The position numbers and the translations under genes are program-made. The notes below the pieces were generated by a model. It was not told the DNA's origin. It saw only the letters and a program-made list of their open reading frames with translations, and searched no databases. From an uncultured Chloroflexia bacterium (GTDB lineage Bacteria > Chloroflexota > Dehalococcoidia > UBA2979), in contig CAVSIV010000002.1 in the NCBI GenBank assembly GCA_963728205.1, positions 448,001 to 512,000 of the forward strand: a DNA stretch of 64,000 bases, in the 5' to 3' direction. Positions within the stretch are counted from its first letter, which is position 1. The number at the start of each line of letters is the position of its first letter. Shown one piece after another: positions 49,282 through 58,648 of the stretch.

Positions 49282-50568
49282 CTACCGCCGGTCCTGCGCG
49301 GCGAACGTCGGGCCCTCCGGCAGCTCCACGCCCATCTCGCGCGCGGTGGTGTGGTAGATGCCCACCGCCATCGTGGAGCGCTCGCGGCCGGCGCGCGCCA
49401 GGTACACGCGGCCGCGCGCGGCGCGCACCGCGGCGTCGTCCGGCGCCGCGAGGTGCGCCCAGTCCGCCAGGTGGCACGCCAGCCGGTCGTCGCCCGCGGC
49501 CGACAGCGCCTCGGCGCGCGCGGACAGCGCGCCGGCCCCGCCGGCGAGCGACGCGATCTCCTCGGCCTGCGCCTGCTCCGACGCCGGCTTGAGGTGCGAC
49601 GGCTGCCCGTCGTACCAGCCGCCGTACAGCCGCCACACGTTGCGCACGATGAACTCCGGCTCGTCGTAGACCGGCTGCAGGTACGGGCGCGCGATGAGGT
49701 GCTCCGGTGGAAGCACCTGCTGCAGCAGGTCGTCGAGCGACGCGCCCTGGTTCATGAGCGCGAGCGACTGCCGCTCCAGCGACTCCAGGTACTCCGCCGT
49801 CTCCTCGAGCGCCTGCCGCACGCGGTCGCGCCCGGCGATCGGCGGGCCGTGGCCGGGCAGCAGCAGCTCTGCCTCGCGCGCCGCCATCTCGCGCAGCGCG
49901 ACGGCCCACGCCGCGGCGTAGCGCTGCACCTTCTGCGGGTTCCCGGCGTTCGGCGCGACCCAGACGAAGAGGTCGCCGGTGCACAGCACTCCGCGCGACG
50001 GCACCCACACCCACGTCGCGTCGTCGGTCTCGCCCCGGCCGTGGCGGAGGTCGAACGTTTCGCCGCCGATCGTGACGACGAGGCGGTCGCGGTAGGTGGT
50101 GTCGGGGTACCAGTAGTCGGTCGGCCACTGCGGCGCGCCGGCGCCGCCGCGGAACTGGCGCTGGTTGATGATGCCGTTCCAGCCGACGGTCTTGCGGTAT
50201 CGCTCGAACCGCGGCGGGACGGCCTCGTGGGCGATCACGCGCGGCGGCGGCCAGCCGCGCTCGCGCGACTCGGCGGCGTAGCGGTCGGCGCCCCACACGT
50301 GATCCATGTGTCCGTGGGTGTACACCGCTGTGTGCAGCGGCCGGTCGCTGACCGCGCGCACCGCCGCGTGCTTGTCGGCGGCGTTGTTGCGCGCACCCGG
50401 GTCGACCACGACGAGGCCGTCGTCGGTGTCGAAGATCGTCGAGTTCGCGAAGCCGCTGTAGAACCACGTGCGCGGCGCGACCGCCTCGAGGCTGTTCGTC
50501 GCCCGCCACGGATGCCGCTCGTTCGCGCCGGCCCACGCTTGCTCCGCCAGGTCCATGATCTCGCCCAC
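49282..50568 (-). CDS. Alkyl-sulfatase-like metallo-beta-lactamase-fold hydrolase with dimerization domain
   Basis: YTHGHMDH, GETDD, LLPGHG, YGGWYDG; GGAGG SD before GTG. Confidence 0.82.
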   Translation of the reverse strand: MGEIMDLAEQAWAGANERHPWRATNSLEAVAPRTWFYSGFANSTIFDTDDGLVVVDPGARNNAADKHAAVRAVSDRPLHTAVYTHGHMDHVWGADRYAAESRERGWPPPRVIAHEAVPPRFERYRKTVGWNGIINQRQFRGGAGAPQWPTDYWYPDTTYRDRLVVTIGGETFDLRHGRGETDDATWVWVPSRGVLCTGDLFVWVAPNAGNPQKVQRYAAAWAVALREMAAREAELLLPGHGPPIAGRDRVRQALEETAEYLESLERQSLALMNQGASLDDLLQQVLPPEHLIARPYLQPVYDEPEFIVRNVWRLYGGWYDGQPSHLKPASEQAQAEEIASLAGGAGALSARAEALSAAGDDRLACHLADWAHLAAPDDAAVRAARGRVYLARAGRERSTMAVGIYHTTAREMGVELPEGPTFAAQDRR

Positions 50569-50770
50569 CGGTGGCCCTCCCTTCGACCGCAGCGATGGTG
50601 ATGGTAGGGGCGGAGCCGCGCGGACAGTCGTGCCGAACTCCTCACCGCCCTCGCCCGAGTCCACAAGACCGCGATATAAGCCCGTCATCCGGGGCAGTCG
50701 CTCCGTTAGATCAATGCAACACTTGCATCGGGGGCCGTTGACGATCCTGCAATCATTTCAGGGGACCACG

Positions 50771-51619
50771 ATGCGAAATCGCAAGATCAGCCGCCGCCAG
50801 GCATTGCGGCTCGCCGGCGGCTCGGCGCTCGCGGCGCTGCTGTTTCCGACCGCCAACGCCGTTGCCGCGCAACTGTCCGGGTCATCGACGTCGACGGCCG
50901 GCACATCGTTTGCGCCAGCGATGCAGGTGAACCTCGACCAGGACACGGTGTTCGCGACGGCCACGGGCGGCGCGCGCGCCGAGGCGCCGTACCACGCCCT
51001 CGACACCGACTTCGGCGCGGCCGGCGTCCAGGGTCAGCGGTGGTTCGACGCCGCGAAGCGCGCCGGCTACGATGGCCTGATCACGACGCTGCACACGTAC
51101 TGGGGCGGCAACCCGGTCGCCTGGGGGTCGGCGCCGCTGGTGCTCGAACGCGCGCTCGCCGCCGGCCTGTGGATCGGCGCCTACGGGCGGCCCGCCGCGT
51201 ACTGGCGCGAGGCGCTCGCGCCGCTGCCGACGGAGCTGCGTGAGCGGCTCAAGTTCTACGCGCTCGACATCGAGGTCGAGCCCGGCAACACCCAGTTCCC
51301 GATGCAGCGTGCCTACGCGGACGGCGTCGCCGACGAGTTCGGCGTGCGGCCGGTCGTCTACACCGGGTGGGGCATGTGGGGGGACGTGATGGGCTACGGC
51401 TCCGGCGGGTTCGCCGACCTGCCGTTGTGGGACTTCTCCGGGGATCGCGCCGACTGGCCGGCAGCGCTCAGCGACGACGCGCTCGTGCCCTTCGCCGGCT
51501 GGAACACCGCCGACAATCTGCGCACGGGCTGGCAGGTGCAGATGCAGACGCCCGCGACCCTCAACGGCGTCACGATCGACCGCGACCTCTTCTCGCGCGC
51601 CTTTATCGACGCCGTCTAG
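50771..51619 (+). CDS. Tat-exported GH25-like (Chalaropsis-type) muramidase/glycoside hydrolase
   Basis: SRRQAL twin-arginine signal; ALDIE (DxE), PVVYTG..W, LPLW, GWQ, IDRDLF motifs. Confidence 0.7.
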   Translation: MRNRKISRRQALRLAGGSALAALLFPTANAVAAQLSGSSTSTAGTSFAPAMQVNLDQDTVFATATGGARAEAPYHALDTDFGAAGVQGQRWFDAAKRAGYDGLITTLHTYWGGNPVAWGSAPLVLERALAAGLWIGAYGRPAAYWREALAPLPTELRERLKFYALDIEVEPGNTQFPMQRAYADGVADEFGVRPVVYTGWGMWGDVMGYGSGGFADLPLWDFSGDRADWPAALSDDALVPFAGWNTADNLRTGWQVQMQTPATLNGVTIDRDLFSRAFIDAV

Positions 51620-51638
51620 CCGCCGCCTCCGTCGCGGG

Positions 51639-53477
51639 CTACTCGACCGTCACCGTCTTCGCGAGGTTCCGCGGCTGATCGACGTCGGCGCCGCGGATCG
51701 CGGCAACGTGGTACGAGAGCAGCTGCAGCGGCACGGCCGCCACGATCGGGACGAGGAACGGGTCGACCTCCGGTATCTCGAGGACGTCGTTCGCGAGCGT
51801 GTCGCAGGAGTGGTCGCTCTGCGTCACCAGCGCGAGCACCCGGCCGCGCCGCGAGCGGACCTGCTCGATGTTCGACAGCATCTTGTCGCGGAGGCCGTCT
51901 CGCGGGGCGAGCGCGACCGTGGCGATACGCTCGTCGATCAGCGCGATCGGGCCGTGCTTCATCTCCGCTGCTCCGTACCCCTCCGCGTGGACGTAGGCGA
52001 TCTCCTTGAGCTTCAGCGCGCCTTCGAGCGCCAGCGGATAGCCGAGGCCCCGGCCGAGGACGAAACAGTCCTCGTACTGGGCGTACCGCTGCGCGACGCG
52101 CTCGACTTCCGCGGCCGATTCCAGCGCAGCCTGGACGCGCCCGGGCATCGCCAGGGCCTCGCGCACCTGGCGCTCTTCGAGCGCCGGGTCGAGGGTTCCG
52201 CGCAGCCTCCCGAGGGTGAGCGCGAGCCCGTGCAGCATTAGCAGGGACGCCAGGAACGTCTTCGTCGACGCAACGGCCACCTCCGGGCCGGCGCGCAACA
52301 GGATCGTGCCGTCGGCGATCCGGGTCGTCTGTGCGCCGGGGGTATTGCAGAGCGTGATCTGCGGCGCGCCGCGGCGGCGTGCCTCGTCCATCGCCGCGAG
52401 TGTGTCGACCGTCTCGCCGGACTGCGTCACGGAGATGACGAGCGTGTCCCGCCCCAGGAGGGGCGCGCGATAGCGGAACTCGGCGGCGTTGTCGACCTCC
52501 GCCGGCAGCCGCGCGAAGCGCTCGATGTAGTGGCGGCCGATCATCGCCGCGTGCATCGACGTGCCCATCCCGATCAGGACGACGCGACGCAGTGAGCGCA
52601 CGCGGGCCGCGTCGAGCGGCAGGTCGTCGAACGTCGTGCGCGCGGGTGACGCGTGGTACCGCCCGCGCAGCGCGTCGGCGAGCGCCGCGGGCTGCTCGAA
52701 TATCTCCTTGAGCATGAAGTGGCGATACGGCCCGCGCGCCGCCGCCACGGGATCGTACGGGAGCACCTGGACGGACTTCTCGAGCGCCCACCCGGCGGCG
52801 TCGACGTACGTCACGGCGTCCGGGCGGACGTCCGCGACCTCGCCCGGCTCCAGGAACACGACCCGCCGCGCAACCGGAAGCACCGCGCCGACGTCAGAGG
52901 CGACGACGTGCTCGTGGTTGCCGCAGCCAATCACGATGCCGCCCGCGTTGCCCGCGCGGGCGGCGACCAGCCGCCCGGGTTGGTCGCGCGCGACTGCAAC
53001 CACCGAGAAGGCGCCCTCCGTGAGCGCGACCGTGTCCCGCATCGCGTCCAACAGGTCCTGCCCGCGCTCGAGGCACGCGGCCAGCATGTGCGCGAGGACC
53101 TCCGTGTCGGTGTCGGAAGCGAAGTCGCCCCGTGCAAACTGCGCACGCAGCGCGTCGTGATTCTCGACCACGCCGTTGTGCACGACGGCGACGAGGCCGT
53201 CGGGGTCGAGGTGCGGGTGCGCGTTTCGATCGCTCGGCTCCCCATGGGTCGCCCAGCGCGTGTGTCCGATGCCGCTATGACTGTCCGGCAGCGCACCTTC
53301 GAGGCGCTGCACGAGCGTGTCGAGCTTCCCCGCCGACCGCGCGACGTAGAAGTCCCCGTCGGCGCCCGCGAGCGCCAGCCCCGCCGAGTCGTAGCCGCGA
53401 TATTCGACGCGTCGCAACCCATCGAGGATGACCGCCCCCGCTGCCTGGTAGCCGGTGTAGCCGACGATGCCGCACAT
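51639..53477 (-). CDS. glmS: Glutamine--fructose-6-phosphate aminotransferase
   Basis: MCGIVG, EYRGYDSAG, GHTRWATHG, SQSGET-like (TQSGET), EGALKLKEI, DQPRNLAKTVTVE. Confidence 0.96.
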   Translation of the reverse strand: MCGIVGYTGYQAAGAVILDGLRRVEYRGYDSAGLALAGADGDFYVARSAGKLDTLVQRLEGALPDSHSGIGHTRWATHGEPSDRNAHPHLDPDGLVAVVHNGVVENHDALRAQFARGDFASDTDTEVLAHMLAACLERGQDLLDAMRDTVALTEGAFSVVAVARDQPGRLVAARAGNAGGIVIGCGNHEHVVASDVGAVLPVARRVVFLEPGEVADVRPDAVTYVDAAGWALEKSVQVLPYDPVAAARGPYRHFMLKEIFEQPAALADALRGRYHASPARTTFDDLPLDAARVRSLRRVVLIGMGTSMHAAMIGRHYIERFARLPAEVDNAAEFRYRAPLLGRDTLVISVTQSGETVDTLAAMDEARRRGAPQITLCNTPGAQTTRIADGTILLRAGPEVAVASTKTFLASLLMLHGLALTLGRLRGTLDPALEERQVREALAMPGRVQAALESAAEVERVAQRYAQYEDCFVLGRGLGYPLALEGALKLKEIAYVHAEGYGAAEMKHGPIALIDERIATVALAPRDGLRDKMLSNIEQVRSRRGRVLALVTQSDHSCDTLANDVLEIPEVDPFLVPIVAAVPLQLLSYHVAAIRGADVDQPRNLAKTVTVE

Positions 53478-53536
53478 GGAGCGGACCCTTCTGTCGCATC
53501 GAGAACGCACGTTCCTGACTGACTCCCCGTGGGGGG

Positions 53537-53728
53537 TTACGTGGAGGGCCACTTCCACAGTTCGAGCCACATACGCACGCGCCAATCGCGCACCCAGCGG
53601 TACCACCACGGCACCGCCGGGTGAGGTTCGGCGGGGATGTTTGCTCGACCGCTCGCGGCCAGTCCAGGACTGCGGCTTCGTTGCTCCCATCCTTGTGGGG
53701 CCTGACGACGCGTCATATGCTGCTGCAC
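53537..53728 (-). CDS. Putative small Trp/Arg-rich protein (63 aa)
   Basis: AAGGA SD 9 nt before GTG; ...PAVPWWYRWVRDWRVRMWLELWKWPST; shares its leader with the gene starting at 58590. Confidence 0.5.
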   Translation of the reverse strand: MQQHMTRRQAPQGWEQRSRSPGLAASGRANIPAEPHPAVPWWYRWVRDWRVRMWLELWKWPST

Positions 53729-53736
53729 GGTGCTTG

Positions 53737-53796
53737 TTCCTTGTCGTAAGGGGGCGATCACCGACGGGACGGCTGGTGCTCGAACACCAGCCGTCC
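53737..53796 (-). promoter_or_regulatory. Duplicated structured leader element, copy 2 (hairpin + SD-sequestering stem)
   Basis: 12-bp stem GGACGGCTGGTG/CACCAGCCGTCC, then CCCCTTACGACAAGGAA; near-identical motifs at 58598-58648. Confidence 0.6.
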
Positions 53797-53799
53797 TCC

Positions 53800-55014
53800 T
53801 CACCTCCGAATGCTGGACTGCTGGGTGTCGACGGATGGCGGACGCTGCGGCTGGCCGGCAGCGTCCGCTTCGTCGAGCAAGCGATGCGCCGCGTCGACCA
53901 ATGCTGCGTTTCCGCCGGCTTCGATATGCGGCAGTTGATCGCGCACGAGCGCGTCGATGCGCGCGACGTCCGCGCCGACGTTCTCTCCGTCGACCCGCTC
54001 GGCGAGCCGGGCGAAGGTCAGCGCGTCTTGCATGTGCAACACGAGGCTCCACGGCGCCCCGACGTACGTCCGCGCCGCGCGCGGCGAGAGGTAGAGCTCG
54101 CGCAGGGCGCGGTAGCGGGCGAGCGCCGACGTCTTGCCGTCGGTCACCCGCAGCATGTCGGCGACCAGGCCGGTCTTGAGCGCCGGCGTGTCCGCGTCGC
54201 GGCGGGGGTCGACGGCGGAGAGGGCGAGAAAGACGCGCAGGGACGGTTCGTAGCCGTTCGCGCGGCGCACGCGCGGGACGGCGCGGTCCGCGATCGTCGA
54301 TCCGTGCACGGCCGACACGCCCGACGTGTAGCGCGCGTAGGCCTCGTCGTTGGAGGTCACGTCCGGCATCGCGTAGATGCTGCGCATCACGATGGCTGCG
54401 AGCGTCACGTTCTGCCGCGGCTCCCAGATGCTCGTGGAGGCCTGGAACCCCGCGACATGGTAGGGACTGTGCGCGTCCGCCGCCCAGGCGGACGCGGTTC
54501 GCTCCGAGGCGAACGAGACCTGGCCGAGCCCGCGGTCGCCCGGCTCGGGGCCCTGCGCGAGCGGGTCGAGGGCCGACTCCGACGCCAGCGCCTGGAAGAG
54601 GAAGAGCGGCCCGATGCCGACGCGATCGGCGGCGTCGAACACGAGCGGCCGGATTGCGAGGAAGCGGCCAAACTCCACCTCGTTCCACGGACCGAGCGCT
54701 TCCGCCTGTGCGAGAAGCGCCGGACCGTCGGTCCGCGCCCACGCCTCGAGCATCGCGCCGCTCTCGACCGATACGTGGATCGGCAGGTCTCGCGCGCTCG
54801 TCACCGCCGGTCTCTCGGCCGGGCGCGCCACGAAGGGTGCCGCCGGGACGCGCAGGCCCAGCGACGTCGAACCCGGCACGCGGTCGAGGGGGCGCGCCGA
54901 GACCGCGAACCCCGTGTTGACGTGGAGCAGGGCGATGGCGATCACCGAGAGGATCAGCACGCCGGACAGCGTGCTCGCCACGCGGGACGTCGCGGAGGGC
55001 TCGAAGGCGTTCAC
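53800..55014 (-). CDS. Membrane-anchored lytic transglycosylase (SLT-domain) protein
   Basis: N-terminal TM helix; SLT motifs ASES (catalytic Glu), GLGQ, IWEPRQNV, AYARYTSG; GTGA overlap with GT2. Confidence 0.7.
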   Translation of the reverse strand: MNAFEPSATSRVASTLSGVLILSVIAIALLHVNTGFAVSARPLDRVPGSTSLGLRVPAAPFVARPAERPAVTSARDLPIHVSVESGAMLEAWARTDGPALLAQAEALGPWNEVEFGRFLAIRPLVFDAADRVGIGPLFLFQALASESALDPLAQGPEPGDRGLGQVSFASERTASAWAADAHSPYHVAGFQASTSIWEPRQNVTLAAIVMRSIYAMPDVTSNDEAYARYTSGVSAVHGSTIADRAVPRVRRANGYEPSLRVFLALSAVDPRRDADTPALKTGLVADMLRVTDGKTSALARYRALRELYLSPRAARTYVGAPWSLVLHMQDALTFARLAERVDGENVGADVARIDALVRDQLPHIEAGGNAALVDAAHRLLDEADAAGQPQRPPSVDTQQSSIRR

Positions 55015-56237
55015 GCGGCATCCGCCCGCAGCGGGCCGCCGGCGCGGGCGCGTTCCGGCGGTTCGTGCGCGGCGGCGGGGACGACCCGGCGCCGCGCGGG
55101 GCTCTCCCACGCAGAGGAGAGGTGCTCACCGTCGCCGCCGGAGGGCCGCCGCGGGAACGCATGGTGCAGCACGCTGGCGAGCGCGCGAACGCTGTTCGCG
55201 AACTCGAGGAGCATGAGCGCGACCACGAACGGCGCCAGCACCACCATCGCGAAGCGCCCCGTGGCGATCGCTCCGATGAGCACGACCGCCAGCAGGAACG
55301 CGAGCTGGATCGCCAGGTGCAGCGCCAGCGCGTCGCGGCCGCCCGGATAGGCGAACTGCGGCGGCTCGTGCGGCAGAACGAGCAGCACCGGTATCGCGAA
55401 GAGACGCAGGAAGAAGGTCGCCATCAAGACGATCACGACCGCGTTGACGATGTCGAGGCCGCTGGGGCGCAGCCGTCCCACGGGGTCGCGACGCAGCCAG
55501 CACAGGCCCACGCGGTCGATCCGCACGACCTCCCACCATGCCCGGTTCCACCGGTACGTCTGACGCACGAACGCCCGCAGGCCGCGGGGGTCCTGCGTCC
55601 ACACCACCGCGCCCGCGACGTATCTGATCCGTCCCAGGCGCTGGCGATGCGTGGCGATCGAGAGGTGAAAGTCCTCGGTCGAGAGGCGATGGTCGAACCG
55701 GATCTGGCGGAGCGCGCTGACCCGCCACGTGCTGGCGCAGCCCGGCGCGATCGCGACGGCATCGAAGACGCTCTGGAGTCGCTTGAACAATGCCTGCCAG
55801 AAGAAGTAGAGGCACGCACGGTAGATCGAGACGAGGTTGGCCCCGTCGGGGCGTGACTTCACCTGGCCCGCCGCGCACGCCACGCGGTCGTCCGCGAGCG
55901 CGGCGAGCGCGCGTTCGCGGTACCGCGGCTCCATCGTCGTGTCCGCGTCCAGGATCGTGACGAACTCGTAGCCGGACGGGTACACGTCGCGCGTCAGCGC
56001 GTACTCGAGCCCGCGCGACTTGCCGACGTTTGCGGCGTGCCGGATGACGTTGCGTGCCGGCAGATACCGCTCGGCGATGTCCGCCGTGCCGTCGTCGCTG
56101 GCGTCGTCGAAGAGGAAGACGTCGTCCGGCGCGTACGCCTCGAGCACCGACTCGAGCGTCGCCGCGATCGTGAGGCGCTCGTTGTGCGCCGCAACCAGGA
56201 CGGCGGCTCGCCCGGCGGCGACCGCCTCGGTGCTCAC
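55011..56237 (-). CDS. Processive GT2 glycosyltransferase (PgaC/IcaA/cellulose/hyaluronan-synthase class)
   Basis: AAHNE, DDAS, DAD, TED and QTYRW (D,D,D,QxxRW) motifs plus C-terminal TM helices. Confidence 0.88.
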   Translation of the reverse strand: MSTEAVAAGRAAVLVAAHNERLTIAATLESVLEAYAPDDVFLFDDASDDGTADIAERYLPARNVIRHAANVGKSRGLEYALTRDVYPSGYEFVTILDADTTMEPRYRERALAALADDRVACAAGQVKSRPDGANLVSIYRACLYFFWQALFKRLQSVFDAVAIAPGCASTWRVSALRQIRFDHRLSTEDFHLSIATHRQRLGRIRYVAGAVVWTQDPRGLRAFVRQTYRWNRAWWEVVRIDRVGLCWLRRDPVGRLRPSGLDIVNAVVIVLMATFFLRLFAIPVLLVLPHEPPQFAYPGGRDALALHLAIQLAFLLAVVLIGAIATGRFAMVVLAPFVVALMLLEFANSVRALASVLHHAFPRRPSGGDGEHLSSAWESPARRRVVPAAAHEPPERARAGGPLRADAA

Positions 56238-57217
56238 GCCGGTCCCCCGACGAGCTCGCGCGTCGCGCGGCGCGCCAGCCGCCGCGCGATGTCGTCGATC
56301 GTGTACCCCAGGCCCTCCTCGAGGGGCACGGTCGGCCGCCAGCCAAGCTCCTGCTCTGCACGCGTCGTGTCGGGAAGCCGAGCGTCGTGGTCGTGCGCGG
56401 CCCGGGGCACCTCGACAATCTCGCTGCGCGAGCCGGTCAAGGCGACGATCGTCTCGGCCAGGACACGCACGGTCTCGGACTCGTGCGACCCGAGGTTGTA
56501 CGCCCTGCCCGCCGCTCCGTCGCGGAGCACGCGTCGCAGACCATCGACCAGGTCGTCGACATACGTGTGGCAGCGCCGCTGCTCGCCGCGTCCGTGTACC
56601 CGCACCGGCGTCCCGCACAGCGCCGCGCGCACGAACGCGGGCACTACGCGCGTCTCGCGGAGCGACATCCCCGGCCCGTACGTGTTGAAGATGCGAGCGA
56701 CCTTCGCCGCTACGCCGTAGCGCTCCGCGTAGATGCCGCACAGCGTCTCCGCGACGCGCTTGCCCTCCTCGTAGCCGTTGCGCGGTCCCAGCGTGTCGAC
56801 GTTCCCGGTGTACGTCTCGGGCTGCGGCGACACGGTCGGGTTGCCGTAGACCTCGGCCGTCGAGGCCAGCACGACGCGCGCCCCGCAGGCGCGTGCGACA
56901 TCGAGGACCGCGCGCGTCCCGTCGAAGCTTGTCTCCAGCATCTCCAGGGCGAGCGGCCCGAGGTTGGGCACGCCCGTCGGACAGGCAAGGTGGTAGATCT
57001 CCTCGGCACCCGCGCGTCGAGCGATGTCGCGAAAGGCGTCGCTCGTCACGTCCAGCTCGTGGAAGTCGAAGCCCGGCTCCCGCAGCAGGGGAACGAGATC
57101 ATCGCGGTCGCTGGTGATGAAGTTGTCGAAGCCGACGACGGCGTGTCCCTCCGCGATGAGGCCGGCCACCACGTGACGGCCGATGAAGCCCGCGGCACCG
57201 GTGACGATGGCGGTCAT
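56234..57217 (-). CDS. UDP-glucuronate decarboxylase-like NAD-dependent epimerase/dehydratase
   Basis: TGAAGFIG, YHLACP, ASTAEVYG, GNV..GPR..YEEGKR, RIFNTYGP. Confidence 0.85.
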   Translation of the reverse strand: MTAIVTGAAGFIGRHVVAGLIAEGHAVVGFDNFITSDRDDLVPLLREPGFDFHELDVTSDAFRDIARRAGAEEIYHLACPTGVPNLGPLALEMLETSFDGTRAVLDVARACGARVVLASTAEVYGNPTVSPQPETYTGNVDTLGPRNGYEEGKRVAETLCGIYAERYGVAAKVARIFNTYGPGMSLRETRVVPAFVRAALCGTPVRVHGRGEQRRCHTYVDDLVDGLRRVLRDGAAGRAYNLGSHESETVRVLAETIVALTGSRSEIVEVPRAAHDHDARLPDTTRAEQELGWRPTVPLEEGLGYTIDDIARRLARRATRELVGGPA

Positions 57218-58590
57218 CGTCGGCCCTTCCCGCCCGCGGCCGACCGCGGCGCCGATGCCGGCCCGCCCGTCGCGCCGTCGGTCAGCCGGAGCGTTCGCCA
57301 GCCGCGCGACGCCATCGCCTCCGCGTCGAAGGCACGATGGTCGACGAGCATCACCGCCAGGTCGTACGCCGCCGGATCGGCCGACGCGAGGTTCACGGAG
57401 GATCGCCCCGCGAACTCCGAGACGTAGGGGTCGTGGAAATCGACACGCGCCCCGGCCTGCTCCAGGAGCCCCATGATCGCGAGGGCCGGTGAGCGGCGCG
57501 TATCTCCGATCTCCGGCTTGTACGTCACGCCGAGCAGCAGCACCCGCGCACCCTCGAGGCCCCCCTCGAGCCGCTCGGCGATCCGCTGCACGACCACGCT
57601 CGCTCGCGACTCATGGTTCGCCATCGCCGCCGCAAGCACCGGCGCGGCGACGTCGCCCTCGCGCATCGAGTCGTGGAGGAAGTAGGGGTCCTCCGCGATG
57701 CAGTGGCCGCCGACGCCGGCGCCGGCAAAGAAGGGCATGAAGCCGAACGGCTTGGTCGCGGCCAGCCGGGTGACCTCGTGCGAGTTGAGGTTGCGCGCGT
57801 GGCAGTACTCGTCGAACTCCTGCGCGAAGGCGATGTTCACGAAGCGGAACGTGTTTTCGAGGAGCTTCGTCGCCTCCGCCGCCTCCATGCTCGAGGCGGG
57901 CACCACGTCGTCCACGATCTCTCGGTAGAAGCGCAGCGTGAGAGCCGCCGCGCGATCGTCCGCGCCGCTGGTGACCTTCGGGATCTGCTCGAGCTCGAAG
58001 CGCTGGTTGCCGGGGTCGATACGCTCCGGCGAGTAGCCCACCGCGACCTCGCTCGCGGACCCGCGCGGGGCGAGAATCGGCATCACCACGTTCCGGGTCG
58101 TGCCGGGTGCGTACGTGCTCTCGCTCACGATCAGCCGCGGACGGTCGTCCGTCGCGATCTGCGAAGCAACGACCTCCGCCGCGGCCGTGACCAGGGAGAG
58201 ATCGGAGCGACGCGAGCCATCTTCGACGCGCGTCGGCGTGGGAACCGCAATCAGGATGACGTCGCAGCCCCCGAGCACGGCCGCATCCGCGGTGGCGTCG
58301 TACGGCTTGCCCGCCGCGTTCTGCGCGACGCACCGCCGCACCGCTACGGGGTCAATGTCGACACCGAACGTACGGAACCCGACGGTGGCCGCGCGCTGAG
58401 CGAGACCGAACCCCACGTATCCCTGCCCGACGACGCCGACAGTCGCGGTGTGAGAGGCAATGGCGCATTCCAGCGGGTCGGCGGGGTCCGGCCGGAGCGG
58501 CGGCCGCAGACGATCCGGTTCGGAGAGGCGCGCGCGCAGTCGAAGGGGCCCGCGCCCCGGCCGTGACGGGACGACAACTTCTCGTGGCAC
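57214..58590 (-). CDS. Nucleotide-sugar dehydrogenase (UDP-HexNAc dehydrogenase, WecC/WbpA-like)
   Basis: GQGYVG, AVPTP, ESTYAPGTT, SPERIDPGN, KLLENTFR, GVGGHCI..DP. Confidence 0.9.
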   Translation of the reverse strand: MPREVVVPSRPGRGPLRLRARLSEPDRLRPPLRPDPADPLECAIASHTATVGVVGQGYVGFGLAQRAATVGFRTFGVDIDPVAVRRCVAQNAAGKPYDATADAAVLGGCDVILIAVPTPTRVEDGSRRSDLSLVTAAAEVVASQIATDDRPRLIVSESTYAPGTTRNVVMPILAPRGSASEVAVGYSPERIDPGNQRFELEQIPKVTSGADDRAAALTLRFYREIVDDVVPASSMEAAEATKLLENTFRFVNIAFAQEFDEYCHARNLNSHEVTRLAATKPFGFMPFFAGAGVGGHCIAEDPYFLHDSMREGDVAAPVLAAAMANHESRASVVVQRIAERLEGGLEGARVLLLGVTYKPEIGDTRRSPALAIMGLLEQAGARVDFHDPYVSEFAGRSSVNLASADPAAYDLAVMLVDHRAFDAEAMASRGWRTLRLTDGATGGPASAPRSAAGGKGRR

Positions 58591-58597
58591 TGTAAAT

Positions 58598-58648
58598 TTC
58601 CTTCGTCGTAAGGGGGCTGATTGCCGGCGGCAGGTGCTCGAACACCCG
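58598..58648 (-). promoter_or_regulatory. Duplicated structured leader element, copy 1
   Basis: GGTGTTCGAGCACC ... CCCCCTTACGACGAAGGAA, with AAGGA 8 nt before the GTG at 58590. Confidence 0.6.

Noticed and set aside
53503-53514. GAAC-N4-GTTC (LexA/Cheo-box-like) just upstream of glmS
   Set aside because: An eight-base match can occur by chance in 64 kb, and glmS is not a typical SOS gene; unsupported without conservation data.
53478-53800. Possible glmS ribozyme upstream of glmS
   Set aside because: I could not find the conserved AGCGCC cleavage-site/core motifs on the coding strand; the space is occupied by a small ORF and a different hairpin.
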